A program made the position numbers and the translations under genes. 64,000 nt of DNA. Origin: Candidatus Bathyarchaeia archaeon. GTDB taxonomy: Archaea; Thermoproteota; Bathyarchaeia; Bathyarchaeales; Bathycorpusculaceae. The stretch covers positions 1-64,000 of the forward strand of contig JAVZNE010000004.1 of assembly GCA_038882975.1 (NCBI GenBank), read 5' to 3'. Positions 19,820-28,701 of this stretch are shown here, one piece after another. The notes beneath the pieces are model-generated. The model searched no databases, was not told the origin of the DNA, and worked only from the letters and a program-made list of their open reading frames with translations. Position 1 is the first letter of the stretch. The number at the start of each line of letters is the position of its first letter.

Positions 19820-19837
19820 CTTTTAGACTTCCCTTTT

Positions 19838-20497
19838 CTAGTTTGCAGCTAAAAGTTTCCTTTTCTCCTCCTCGGTTAGCTCCCTATAACCATTTGCATC
19901 CACAACAGCCACGTTGAAACTGTCTCCGCTGGCTGAGTCCCTCTTCATGGCTGAGTCAACAGCCCTAACAATTATTGGTAAAGCCTCAGCCACCGACATG
20001 CCCTCGCGGAACTTGTCTTCCAAGACGCCGTAGGCTATTGGAGAACCAGAACCTGTAGCAACACATTTCTCCTCTGTTAGGCTTCCAAAGGGGTCTATGG
20101 AGAAAACGTGAGGTCCGGTGTCGTCGACGCCGCCTATTAGGACTTGAGTTGCCAGTGGTATGTATCTGGCTGAGAATAGGATGTTTGCCATAAGCCTCGC
20201 CGCCGAGCTTATGGGCATCGGTCTCCCCATGTTTATCTTGTAAAGCTGGGCATTAGCCGTTAAAATGTCCACTGTTCTTTGGGCGTCGGCTACAGTTCCA
20301 GCAATTGTCATTGCCATGTGGTCGTCTATCTTGTAAATTTTCTTCCCATGTTTGTGGGCTACATAGAATCCCATGGTTACTCGGGTGTCTGAAGCTAGGA
20401 TTACTCCATCTTTGCAGACAACCCCTATGGTTGTCGTTCCCTTCAACGTCAACTTATCAATTACGTTGTTGTTTGACATTTTACGTATTTCTCCCAA
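19838..20497 (-). CDS. psmB: Proteasome subunit beta
   Basis: Propeptide then G|TTTIG, GSGS, RDSASG; start may be 20479. Confidence 0.96.
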   Translation of the reverse strand: MGEIRKMSNNNVIDKLTLKGTTTIGVVCKDGVILASDTRVTMGFYVAHKHGKKIYKIDDHMAMTIAGTVADAQRTVDILTANAQLYKINMGRPMPISSAARLMANILFSARYIPLATQVLIGGVDDTGPHVFSIDPFGSLTEEKCVATGSGSPIAYGVLEDKFREGMSVAEALPIIVRAVDSAMKRDSASGDSFNVAVVDANGYRELTEEEKRKLLAAN

Positions 20498-20613
20498 AAC
20501 CTAAACACATCGCCAAATTACTTCGCTAGGAAGTAGCACCATGTAATCACGTCATGAAGCTTATTAATATTACGCTTTGAAAAATGCAATTCACCTATAA
20601 ACGTTTAAAGCCT

Positions 20614-20775
20614 TTAGATTATGTCCTCTTCTTCTGTTAGCTCGTCTTCCTCCGCCCAATAGCACTCCTCGCATAAACCACCAAACTCTTCATATTCATC
20701 TCTTGATATTTCCCTGCCGCACCTCATACAGTAACGTTTACATTTTCCCCTCTCAATAGTCACCCTATCAGACAT
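20614..20775 (-). CDS. Small zinc-finger protein with acidic tail (start possibly disrupted)
   Basis: CMRCG...LCEEC followed by EEDELTEEED; see finding on the ATG-TAA at 20743. Confidence 0.5.
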   Translation of the reverse strand: MSDRVTIERGKCKRYCMRCGREISRDEYEEFGGLCEECYWAEEDELTEEEDII

Positions 20776-20910
20776 AATGATGGATTTAAATTTTGGATTC
20801 TTATCGGTTATGAAACTAAAATTCATAGTTTAAAATACCAAGCTGAAACGTTGCCTTGAAAAGGGTTTTAAGAGCCACGTCGATATCATTTAAAGGGAAA
20901 AGCTTAACAA

Positions 20911-21975
20911 GTGATTGATTTGCCTTTAAAACGCCACTGGATGCAGCTTCCAAGAGAGGTTATCGTCGGAGAAGGCGTAATAGAACAAACTGCAGAAATC
21001 TCCAGAAGACTGGGTTTCACGGAATCCGCATTAATAATTACTGGGCAGAAAACCCACGATGTCGCTGGAAGGGTTGTTGAGGAAATTCTTGAAAAAGAAG
21101 GCGTAGAAGCCAAAACCCACATTGTAGGGTCAGCAACAATAAAAGACGTGGAAGCCGTTGAGGGAAAAATTAGAGCCTTAAAGCCTCAAGTTGTTTTCGG
21201 CGTTGGTGGGGGAACAAAAATTGACGTGGCAAAGCTAAGCTCTGCTCGGCAAAATGTGCCCTTTATTAGTGTTCCAACAACAGCCTCCCATGACGGAATT
21301 GCAAGTCCGCTTTCATCAGTTAAGGGTCTTGAAAAACCCTTTTCAGTTATGGCTCAAGCTCCCATAGCAATAATAGCCGACACAAACATAATTGCACAGA
21401 CGCCCCACCGTTTTATTGCAAGTGGTTGTGGTGACGTTATTGCAAAGTTTACAGCTGTAAGAGACTGGAAATTGGCACATATGGATAGAAATGAGTATTA
21501 TGGGGAATACGCCGCAAGCTTAGCTCTAATGAGTGCAAGACTTGTGATGCGGAATGCTAGCCTCATAAAACCGCAGAACGAGGAGGGACTGCGAGTGCTC
21601 CTCGAAGCCCTAATAAGCTGTGGTGTAGCCATGAGCATTGCTGGGAGCAGTCGACCATGCAGTGGCGCGGAACACTTGTTCAGCCACGCCCTAGACCTAA
21701 TTAAGCCGAATAACGCTCTTCACGGCGAGCAGTGTGGTGTTGGAACAATTGTTATGGCTTATCTGCACGGCGCCAACTGGAAACGCATAAGGGAAAACTT
21801 GAAAACTGTTGGGGCGCCCACAAACGCCTACGAGCTGGGATTATCGAAAGATGATGTTGTTAAAGCCTTGTTTATGGCTTCTTCCATAAGACCTGAACGC
21901 TACACAATCCTCAACAAGCTGGAACTAAGCCTTGAAGAATGTGAAAGAATCGCAAAAATAACCGGGGTTGTTTAG
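20911..21975 (+). CDS. egsA: sn-glycerol-1-phosphate dehydrogenase
   Basis: GGGTKID, PTTASHDG, SRPCSGAEH, HGEQCG. Confidence 0.96.
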   Translation: MIDLPLKRHWMQLPREVIVGEGVIEQTAEISRRLGFTESALIITGQKTHDVAGRVVEEILEKEGVEAKTHIVGSATIKDVEAVEGKIRALKPQVVFGVGGGTKIDVAKLSSARQNVPFISVPTTASHDGIASPLSSVKGLEKPFSVMAQAPIAIIADTNIIAQTPHRFIASGCGDVIAKFTAVRDWKLAHMDRNEYYGEYAASLALMSARLVMRNASLIKPQNEEGLRVLLEALISCGVAMSIAGSSRPCSGAEHLFSHALDLIKPNNALHGEQCGVGTIVMAYLHGANWKRIRENLKTVGAPTNAYELGLSKDDVVKALFMASSIRPERYTILNKLELSLEECERIAKITGVV

Positions 21976-22673
21976 GCTTTTGCCTTCGGCTCCGCCTTAA
22001 AGGTTTCCGTGAATTTTACGGCTGTTATTTCTGGGAAAAACTTCTGTATATCTAGGGCTATGCCACGTTTTGCAACTTGAATCCCTTCCAAGTAAAAGGC
22101 TTCTTCGGGCATTTCAATGCTGACATTTTTCGCTTTAATGGTGAACTTGAACTTTTCAGCATCAACCGTTGGTATTCTACGGTGGATTAGAGCGGCTATC
22201 TTCTCTTCCGGTGTTTCAAGCTTCCTTTTAACCGTAACCTCGTAAACAAGCGTTTTCCCAGCCAATGGAGGATTAAAATCTAAAAGAACACGCCCGGCGC
22301 CGATAGCCCTAACGGTTGCCATTTTGCCATCATATTCGAGGCGCATCCCAAGGGTTGGGGTTATACTCTTAGCCGTCAAGTGTCTAAGGGGAACACGTCT
22401 AACTTTTTCAGGGTCTCTTGCTCCAAAGGCTTTTTCGGGCGGTATTTCCACTGTTTCAGTTTTTCCAACCTCCATGTTTGTTAGGCTTTCGTCCAAAGCC
22501 TTAAGAACCCAGCCTTCGCCTATAACGACAAGTTTTGGCTCGTAGATTTCGCCCTCCTTGTATAGACGCTCTTTTTTGGCCACCTCTTCAATCGTTGTGT
22601 CGAAAACTTCACCTGTCTCTTTCACCTTTGCCACATAGTCTAACAGTATAAAGTCGCCTTTTTGTAAAGCCAT
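21972..22673 (-). CDS. slyD: FKBP-type peptidyl-prolyl isomerase (long SlyD type)
   Basis: FDTT, IPPEKAFG, DFNPPLAGKTL. Confidence 0.92.
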   Translation of the reverse strand: MALQKGDFILLDYVAKVKETGEVFDTTIEEVAKKERLYKEGEIYEPKLVVIGEGWVLKALDESLTNMEVGKTETVEIPPEKAFGARDPEKVRRVPLRHLTAKSITPTLGMRLEYDGKMATVRAIGAGRVLLDFNPPLAGKTLVYEVTVKRKLETPEEKIAALIHRRIPTVDAEKFKFTIKAKNVSIEMPEEAFYLEGIQVAKRGIALDIQKFFPEITAVKFTETFKAEPKAKA

Positions 22674-22779
22674 CTCACATCATCTTTAGGGGGCATTTGC
22701 CAAACTAAACCTAGACATCAATAAAAGCTTTATCCAATCAAAACATGTTTTAAATTTGCTGATTAAAGTTGGGAATGCT

Positions 22780-23238
22780 ATGGAACATCAAGCGAAAGAC
22801 AAGGTTTACGGTGAATGCTTCAACACTATAAGGGAAGAAATTGGGGGAAAATCCTTTGAGGAAAAGATGGCGCTTGTATGCGGTGTTTTGAAGGAAAAAT
22901 TTCCATATTATTTCTGGGTTGGATTCTACATACCAAAAGAGGAGTGGCTTGAGCTTGGTCCATCGAAGGGGCCGCCAGCGTGCGCCAGAATAGCCTACAC
23001 TGGTGTTTGTGGAAAATGCGTTAAAACTGGAAAGGCCATTATTGTGCCAAATGTCCACGAGTTTCCGGGGCACATTACATGCGACCCAAGGTCAAAGTCT
23101 GAAATTGCCGTGCCAGTCTTTGATAAAAATGGCGCGGTAGTGGCGGTGTTGGACGTTGACAGCGACGAGTATGGCAGTTTTGACGAGAAGGATAGGGAAT
23201 GGCTTGAAAAGATAGCGAAACTCTTAACTTCACCCTAG
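22780..23238 (+). CDS. msrC: GAF protein, free methionine-R-sulfoxide reductase-like
   Basis: WVGFY, GVCG, FPGHITCD, SEIAVP, LDVDS. Confidence 0.82.
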   Translation: MEHQAKDKVYGECFNTIREEIGGKSFEEKMALVCGVLKEKFPYYFWVGFYIPKEEWLELGPSKGPPACARIAYTGVCGKCVKTGKAIIVPNVHEFPGHITCDPRSKSEIAVPVFDKNGAVVAVLDVDSDEYGSFDEKDREWLEKIAKLLTSP

Positions 23239-23269
23239 AAATAAAAGGCTACCTTCAGCAGGAACCATA

Positions 23270-24481
23270 ATGAAAAATGGCTTAGTGAACGCGAAAAATG
23301 CCTATGCGGCCATTCTCCTTCTTGGAATAGTAAGCCTCATGGGAGACATTGTCTATGAGGGTTCGCGGGGAATTGTTACACCATACCTAGAGTTTCTTGG
23401 AGCCTCCGCCTTTGCCATAGCTTTCTTCGGCAGATTTGGAGAGTTTTTGGGATATGCCCTAAGGCTTGTAAGCGGAAGACTTGCGGACACCACGAGGGCT
23501 TACTGGCTTTTCATATTTTTAGGATACGGACTCATCATATCAATTCCGCTGTTAGGGATTACGAGAATTTGGGAAATAGCAATAATCTTGGTGCTTCTGG
23601 AAAGGATTGGAAAAGCCATAAGATCGCCGGCAAGAGACGCCGTGCTATCAATTGTGAGTCGAGGAGTTGGCGCTGGAAAAGCCTTCGGCATCCATGAACT
23701 TTTAGACCAGATAGGCGCCATTTTAGGTCCCCTTGTCGTAGCTGGCTTAATGTTTTACACCAGCAACAATTACAATTTGACCTTTAGCCTTCTAGCATTA
23801 CCCTTCATCATGCTTTTGGCATTTCTAGCCTACACATTTAGGAAAGTTGGCTGGAGAAAAGCTGCCGAGCCAGCAGAGGCTAGGCTGGAAAAGGGCGAAG
23901 GTAAACTTGGGAAAGCCTTCTATGTTTACACAGCGGCTGTTTTGCTGAACACTGTTGGACTTATACCCTTCGAGCTAATACTCTTAAAGGCTACCGAAAT
24001 TCTAAAGCCGACGAATCAGTTGTGGATTGTTCCTATAATCTACACGCTAATACAAGGGGTGGACGCGCCAACCGCACTTTTTGCAGGATTCGCCTATGAC
24101 AAGTTCAAGATTAGGGTTTTGATGCTGCCGTTCATTCTGTCGGTTGTTCCAACATTCTTTGCTATGGCTAACGCAGACTTGACAATGCTGATTGTGGCTG
24201 CGGCCTTTTTCGGTCTGGTTTTGGGAATGCAAGAGTCCATTTACCGCGCTGCCGTTTCAGGTTTTGCTCCAATTTCCCAGCGGGGGACAGCATACGGCAT
24301 ATTTAACACAGCTTATGGTGTTGGTATGTTAATTGGTGGAGCGGTATATGGTTTGATGATAGAATTACAAATCCCATACTTTGCTGTAGTAGCCTACGTT
24401 CTCGTAACACAAGCCACCGCTGTTGCCTTGCTCATTAACGCCTATACAAAAACCAAAATGAAATATGGGGAAAGCGTTTAA
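23270..24481 (+). CDS. MFS transporter
   Basis: About 12 TM helices; GRLAD, ERIGKAIRSPARD. Confidence 0.9.
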   Translation: MKNGLVNAKNAYAAILLLGIVSLMGDIVYEGSRGIVTPYLEFLGASAFAIAFFGRFGEFLGYALRLVSGRLADTTRAYWLFIFLGYGLIISIPLLGITRIWEIAIILVLLERIGKAIRSPARDAVLSIVSRGVGAGKAFGIHELLDQIGAILGPLVVAGLMFYTSNNYNLTFSLLALPFIMLLAFLAYTFRKVGWRKAAEPAEARLEKGEGKLGKAFYVYTAAVLLNTVGLIPFELILLKATEILKPTNQLWIVPIIYTLIQGVDAPTALFAGFAYDKFKIRVLMLPFILSVVPTFFAMANADLTMLIVAAAFFGLVLGMQESIYRAAVSGFAPISQRGTAYGIFNTAYGVGMLIGGAVYGLMIELQIPYFAVVAYVLVTQATAVALLINAYTKTKMKYGESV

Positions 24482-24515
24482 AGCCCTACAGAAGATTTTA
24501 ACAGTGGCGATTAAG

Positions 24516-25451
24516 TTGGCGGCTAACGATGAATCTAGAGTTTTAGACGTTCTTGAAAAGGTTAGCAAGTGTGTTGTTAACATCAGCACGATAAGGCTGA
24601 TTCAGGACGTTTTCTACCAGGTCTTCCCAGTCAAGGGTATGGGTTCTGGAACAATAATAGACAGCGAAGGGCACATATTGACGAACAACCATGTTGTTCA
24701 GGGCGCAGAACGCATAGCCGTCACGCTTTGGAATGGCGAGGTTTTAAATGGACACTTGCTTGGAACATGCACAATCCACGACATAGCCGTCGTCAAAGTG
24801 GACAGGAAGGGTTTGCCCTACGCAGAGCTTGGAGACTCCGACAAGTTGAGAATTGGACAACGTGTCTACGCCATTGGTAACCCCTTCGGCTTGGCTGGTG
24901 GACCAACGATAACGTCGGGTGTTATAAGCGCCCTAAACCGAACCATAGAATCTAAAAATGAGCTTTTAGAAAACCTCGTCCAAACGGATGCAGCCATAAA
25001 CCCCGGAAACAGTGGAGGACCACTGGTAGACATTAATGGTAAGGTTGTCGCCATAAGCACTGCGATTATTCCCTATGCCCATGGAATTGGATTCGCCATT
25101 CCCATAAACTCAGCTAAGAAATGTGCAGCAGAAATCATATCAAAGGGTGTGCACACACGCCCGTGGCTTGGGATAATGGGCTTAAGCCTTACGAAAGAGA
25201 TTTCCCGCTATTATGGAATACCAGTGGATGAAGGCGTTTTGGTGACAAGGGTTGTGGAGGGAAGCCCAGCGCATGAGGCTGGCATAGTGGCAGGCGACAT
25301 AATACTGGCTTTGGACGACGTGCCAATAACACGAATAGAGAAGCTTCTAGGCGAAATCCACAAGAAAAGGGCTGGCGAAAAAGTCCACCTAACGGTTTAC
25401 AGAGACGGGTTTGAATATACCATCGAGGTGGTTTTGGCGAAGGCGCCATAA
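24516..25451 (+). CDS. HtrA/DegP-type serine protease with one PDZ domain
   Basis: TNNHVV, DIAV, GNSGGPL triad plus PDZ; start uncertain (24465-24516). Confidence 0.92.
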   Translation: MAANDESRVLDVLEKVSKCVVNISTIRLIQDVFYQVFPVKGMGSGTIIDSEGHILTNNHVVQGAERIAVTLWNGEVLNGHLLGTCTIHDIAVVKVDRKGLPYAELGDSDKLRIGQRVYAIGNPFGLAGGPTITSGVISALNRTIESKNELLENLVQTDAAINPGNSGGPLVDINGKVVAISTAIIPYAHGIGFAIPINSAKKCAAEIISKGVHTRPWLGIMGLSLTKEISRYYGIPVDEGVLVTRVVEGSPAHEAGIVAGDIILALDDVPITRIEKLLGEIHKKRAGEKVHLTVYRDGFEYTIEVVLAKAP

Positions 25452-25562
25452 ACGTTTGTTGCGTACTGTTCGGTTTTCGAGCGGAAATTATAAATTGGAA
25501 AGGTAATAATAAGATGTAAACGCTTTGGAATTTAACTAGTCCTTGTGTATGGGGGAGGGCTG

Positions 25563-26297
25563 ATGAGCACACATGCGGAGGAGTTGAAACTGCGTTTGAT
25601 GACTATAGAGCTTCTTAGAACAGCAAAATACAAGCGGAATATCACGTATCGCGAGTTGTCGGCGAAGACTGGATTGCCAGTAACGGTTCTAAGCAGATAC
25701 GCTAAAGGGCATGTTTTGCCAAACACTGCCAGAGCCAAGCAGTTATGGAAAGTCTTGTCAAAGTTTGTTGGTTTGGAGAACGAGCTTCGTAACCGGATAA
25801 GGTTTAATGAGGATGGCTATTTTGACAATACTGAGATTATTGGCGATTTTAACATTCTCCAGCAGGCGGCTAATCATGCGCTTGCAAATTTCGCTGGAAA
25901 ACGAGTCACAAAAGTGTTTACGGCGGCTGTTGACGGAATTCCTTTGGCGACTATGGTGGCAAACGCCCTAGGCGTAAACCTTGTCATAGCCAAGAGAAGC
26001 AAGGAGGTTGGCGTTAAAGAGTTTCTGGAGGAAACATTTGTGCTTAGGGACTCCGGCGTGACAATGACGCTTTATGTTCCAAAGGACGCCATCAAAAAGC
26101 GGGACAGCGTCCTAATAGTTGATGACATGATCAAGACCGGTGAAACACAGGCAGCCCTCGTCAACTTGGTTCGTAAGGCGAAGGCTGAAATTTCAGGGGT
26201 TTTCTCCCTCATAGCCATAGGCGACGAGTGGCGGAAACGGTTAAAGCTTCCAGAAGAATGCCCAATAGAAGTTGTAACCTACATTAAGCCTCCGTAA
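25563..26297 (+). CDS. HTH plus phosphoribosyltransferase fusion (PurR-like regulator)
   Basis: TYRELSAKTGLPVTVLSRY helix-turn-helix; VLIVDDMIKTGET PRPP-binding loop. Confidence 0.88.
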   Translation: MSTHAEELKLRLMTIELLRTAKYKRNITYRELSAKTGLPVTVLSRYAKGHVLPNTARAKQLWKVLSKFVGLENELRNRIRFNEDGYFDNTEIIGDFNILQQAANHALANFAGKRVTKVFTAAVDGIPLATMVANALGVNLVIAKRSKEVGVKEFLEETFVLRDSGVTMTLYVPKDAIKKRDSVLIVDDMIKTGETQAALVNLVRKAKAEISGVFSLIAIGDEWRKRLKLPEECPIEVVTYIKPP

Positions 26298-27018
26298 AGT
26301 GGCGTTTGCATTCCGCCCTAACCGGGCAAGCGGTGCATTTTTCCTTTCTACAATAGTTCTTTCCTAGGCGAAGCAGCGCAGTTTCAAAGTTTATGAAGGA
26401 CTTGCCAGAAACAGCATTCTCAGCCCAAAAATCTTCAAGCTGCCGCAAAACATCCTTTGGAGATTTCTCATCAATTATTCTAAGGTTTTTGGCTGCCATT
26501 ACAACGAGGCTTGTTGGTTTTGGTTTGGCTTTTTCCCAAACGTCGCGCAGCTCCCTTAGGAATATGCCCACCGTTATGTCGCCGACGCCCTTTCCTAAAC
26601 TTTTAAGCTTCTCTTCCAAATCTGCGTGGTCATGGGCTTCTTCATAAATGGTGGTCAGCTCTCCGTCATACTTTTCTATTAAGTTTCGCATTACTTCGAG
26701 AAGTTTGTCAGCCGTTTTGAAGTCGTAACGTGTGTAGCTGCCTTCGTCGAGAATCTGCACTAAGCCGTCCCAGCCGGTTTCCAAAATCTTTTGAGGAGTT
26801 AAGACGCCGCGCTTTTCGAAGCACTTGTAAGTTTTTATGACGGAAGTTTCGGTTATGGGCGCACCGAAAAGTATGGAAGTCAAAAACCACTTGAAAATTT
26901 CCTCCTCCCCTCGGCTTTTTAGGTCTATGCCTAAGATTTCGGAATAGCGCGTTCCAAACTTTTCAACGAGGGTTTGGAGGCTTTCCCTCTTCAAATATGG
27001 TTCACCATCCCCTCTCAC
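26284..27018 (-). CDS. HhH DNA-glycosylase-like protein with C-terminal 4-Cys motif
   Basis: LGKGVGDIT HhH-like segment; C-x4-C-x2-C-x5-C. Confidence 0.6.
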   Translation of the reverse strand: MRGDGEPYLKRESLQTLVEKFGTRYSEILGIDLKSRGEEEIFKWFLTSILFGAPITETSVIKTYKCFEKRGVLTPQKILETGWDGLVQILDEGSYTRYDFKTADKLLEVMRNLIEKYDGELTTIYEEAHDHADLEEKLKSLGKGVGDITVGIFLRELRDVWEKAKPKPTSLVVMAAKNLRIIDEKSPKDVLRQLEDFWAENAVSGKSFINFETALLRLGKNYCRKEKCTACPVRAECKRHFTEA

Positions 27019-27086
27019 ATGTGTCTAACAAGATTTATACCTATACTGGCATAAACGGTTAGCGGGCAAGGAGAGGCGAATGCCGA

Positions 27087-28106
27087 ATGCGAACCATAAT
27101 GTGGCGCAACGGAACAGTCGTAACAATAGACCAGACGAAGCTCCCTCACAAAACAGAGTTTCTAAAGCTGAAAAATTGTAGTGAAGTGGCTGAAGCCATA
27201 AAAACCATGAAGATTAGGGGCGCTCCACTAATAGGGGTTGCCGCAGCCTACGCCTTGGCGCTGACAGCTTACCATTCAAAGGCACGGCGGAAAGAAGAGC
27301 TTATCCGTGAATTGGAAGAGGCGGCAAACACATTACGGAAGACTAGACCGACAGGGGTTAATCTCTTCTGGGCGGTTGACAGGATTTTAAACAAGGCTAG
27401 GGCTTTCCAAGGAAACGCTGAGGAATTAGCCGTCTTCATAATTGAAGAAGCAAATAGAATAGCTGACGAGGACGCCGCAGCAAACCGTTCGATGGGAAAG
27501 TATGGAGCCGCCCTAATCAATGATGGAGACACCGTACTGACGCACTGCAACGCTGGAGCACTAGCCACAGTTGACTATGGAACAGCCCTAGGCGTTATTA
27601 GGGCAGCCACTGAACAAGGCAAGAAAGTTAGGGTTATCGCCACCGAAACAAGGCCAAAGCTGCAGGGCGCCCGCCTAACAGCCTACGAGCTTAAGCGGGA
27701 CGGCATACCAGTCACCCTAATAAGCGACACCATGGTGGGATATGTCATGTATAAGCGGATGGTGGATAAAGTTATTGTCGGAGCCGACAGAATAGTGCGA
27801 GACGCAGTCATCAATAAGATTGGAACTTACCAGATAGCCGTTCTAGCCAAAGAGCATGGCGTACCGTTTTATGTGGCGGCTCCAAAATCCACCTTCGACC
27901 TAGCCCACAGAGCGGCAGACGTAACAATAGAGGAGCGAAGCCCAGAAGAAGTGACATGTATAGGTTCTGAGCGGATAGCCCCAGAAGATGTTCCAGCCCT
28001 AAATCCGGCCTTTGACATTACGCCAATAAAATATGTGACGGCAATCATCTGCGAGGAAGGCATCCTATATAAGGACGATTTGGCAAAAATAAGCCAGCAC
28101 GGTTAA
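27087..28106 (+). CDS. mtnA: Methylthioribose-1-phosphate isomerase (eIF2B alpha/beta/delta family)
   Basis: IRGAPLIG, RPTGVNL, THCNAGALAT, ETRP, NKIGTY. Confidence 0.92.
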   Translation: MRTIMWRNGTVVTIDQTKLPHKTEFLKLKNCSEVAEAIKTMKIRGAPLIGVAAAYALALTAYHSKARRKEELIRELEEAANTLRKTRPTGVNLFWAVDRILNKARAFQGNAEELAVFIIEEANRIADEDAAANRSMGKYGAALINDGDTVLTHCNAGALATVDYGTALGVIRAATEQGKKVRVIATETRPKLQGARLTAYELKRDGIPVTLISDTMVGYVMYKRMVDKVIVGADRIVRDAVINKIGTYQIAVLAKEHGVPFYVAAPKSTFDLAHRAADVTIEERSPEEVTCIGSERIAPEDVPALNPAFDITPIKYVTAIICEEGILYKDDLAKISQHG

Positions 28107-28110
28107 AGCT

Positions 28111-28671
28111 ATGAACAAAAATAAGGAGCAGCCGCAGTCAACACGCCAAGAAACAAAAATTGAGGGAACATTAATAGAAAAGGGAGTGAAAATAACCAGC
28201 AAACAGAGAATAGAGGAGCTTAAAGCAAAGGGCTATGGCATAGAAGAAAACGGCGGGCTTCTCCTAAACTTTTACGAGGCACTTCACCTCTTGGAGAAGG
28301 GGCTGGTCTCAGTTAAGGATGAGGAAGGCGAGCAAATGGACTTCCAAAAACTTCTGCAAGTCGCAGAGAAAACCGACGAAAATGCTTGGGCTAAGTACTT
28401 GGTTTACAGAGACCTAAGAAGCCGCGGGTATGTTGTCCGCGAAGGCTTCGGCTTAGGCGTAGACTTCAGAGTTTACGAAAGAGGCGAATATGGAAAGGAC
28501 ACAGCTAAATACCTAATCCTAAGCCTTCAGGAGGGCAAACCAATAAAAATGGAGGAACTAACCCAAATAATGAGGCAATGCCAAAGCCTAAAAAAGGAGC
28601 TAATTTTGGCTGTTATGAGCCGAAGAGGCGAAATAGTTTACTATTCCGTCTCACAATTAACCTTACCATAA
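28111..28671 (+). CDS. endA: tRNA-splicing endonuclease subunit (probably structural beta type)
   Basis: YEALHL, VYRDLRSRGYVV, DFRVY; catalytic His not evident. Confidence 0.85.
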   Translation: MNKNKEQPQSTRQETKIEGTLIEKGVKITSKQRIEELKAKGYGIEENGGLLLNFYEALHLLEKGLVSVKDEEGEQMDFQKLLQVAEKTDENAWAKYLVYRDLRSRGYVVREGFGLGVDFRVYERGEYGKDTAKYLILSLQEGKPIKMEELTQIMRQCQSLKKELILAVMSRRGEIVYYSVSQLTLP

Positions 28672-28701
28672 AAGCGTAAGCGCCTAAAACGTGAACATGT
28701 T

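Noticed and set aside
20519-20535. TACTTC-N5-GAAGTA inverted repeat upstream of psmB
   Set aside because: A single 6-bp palindrome with no second copy found; it could be chance.
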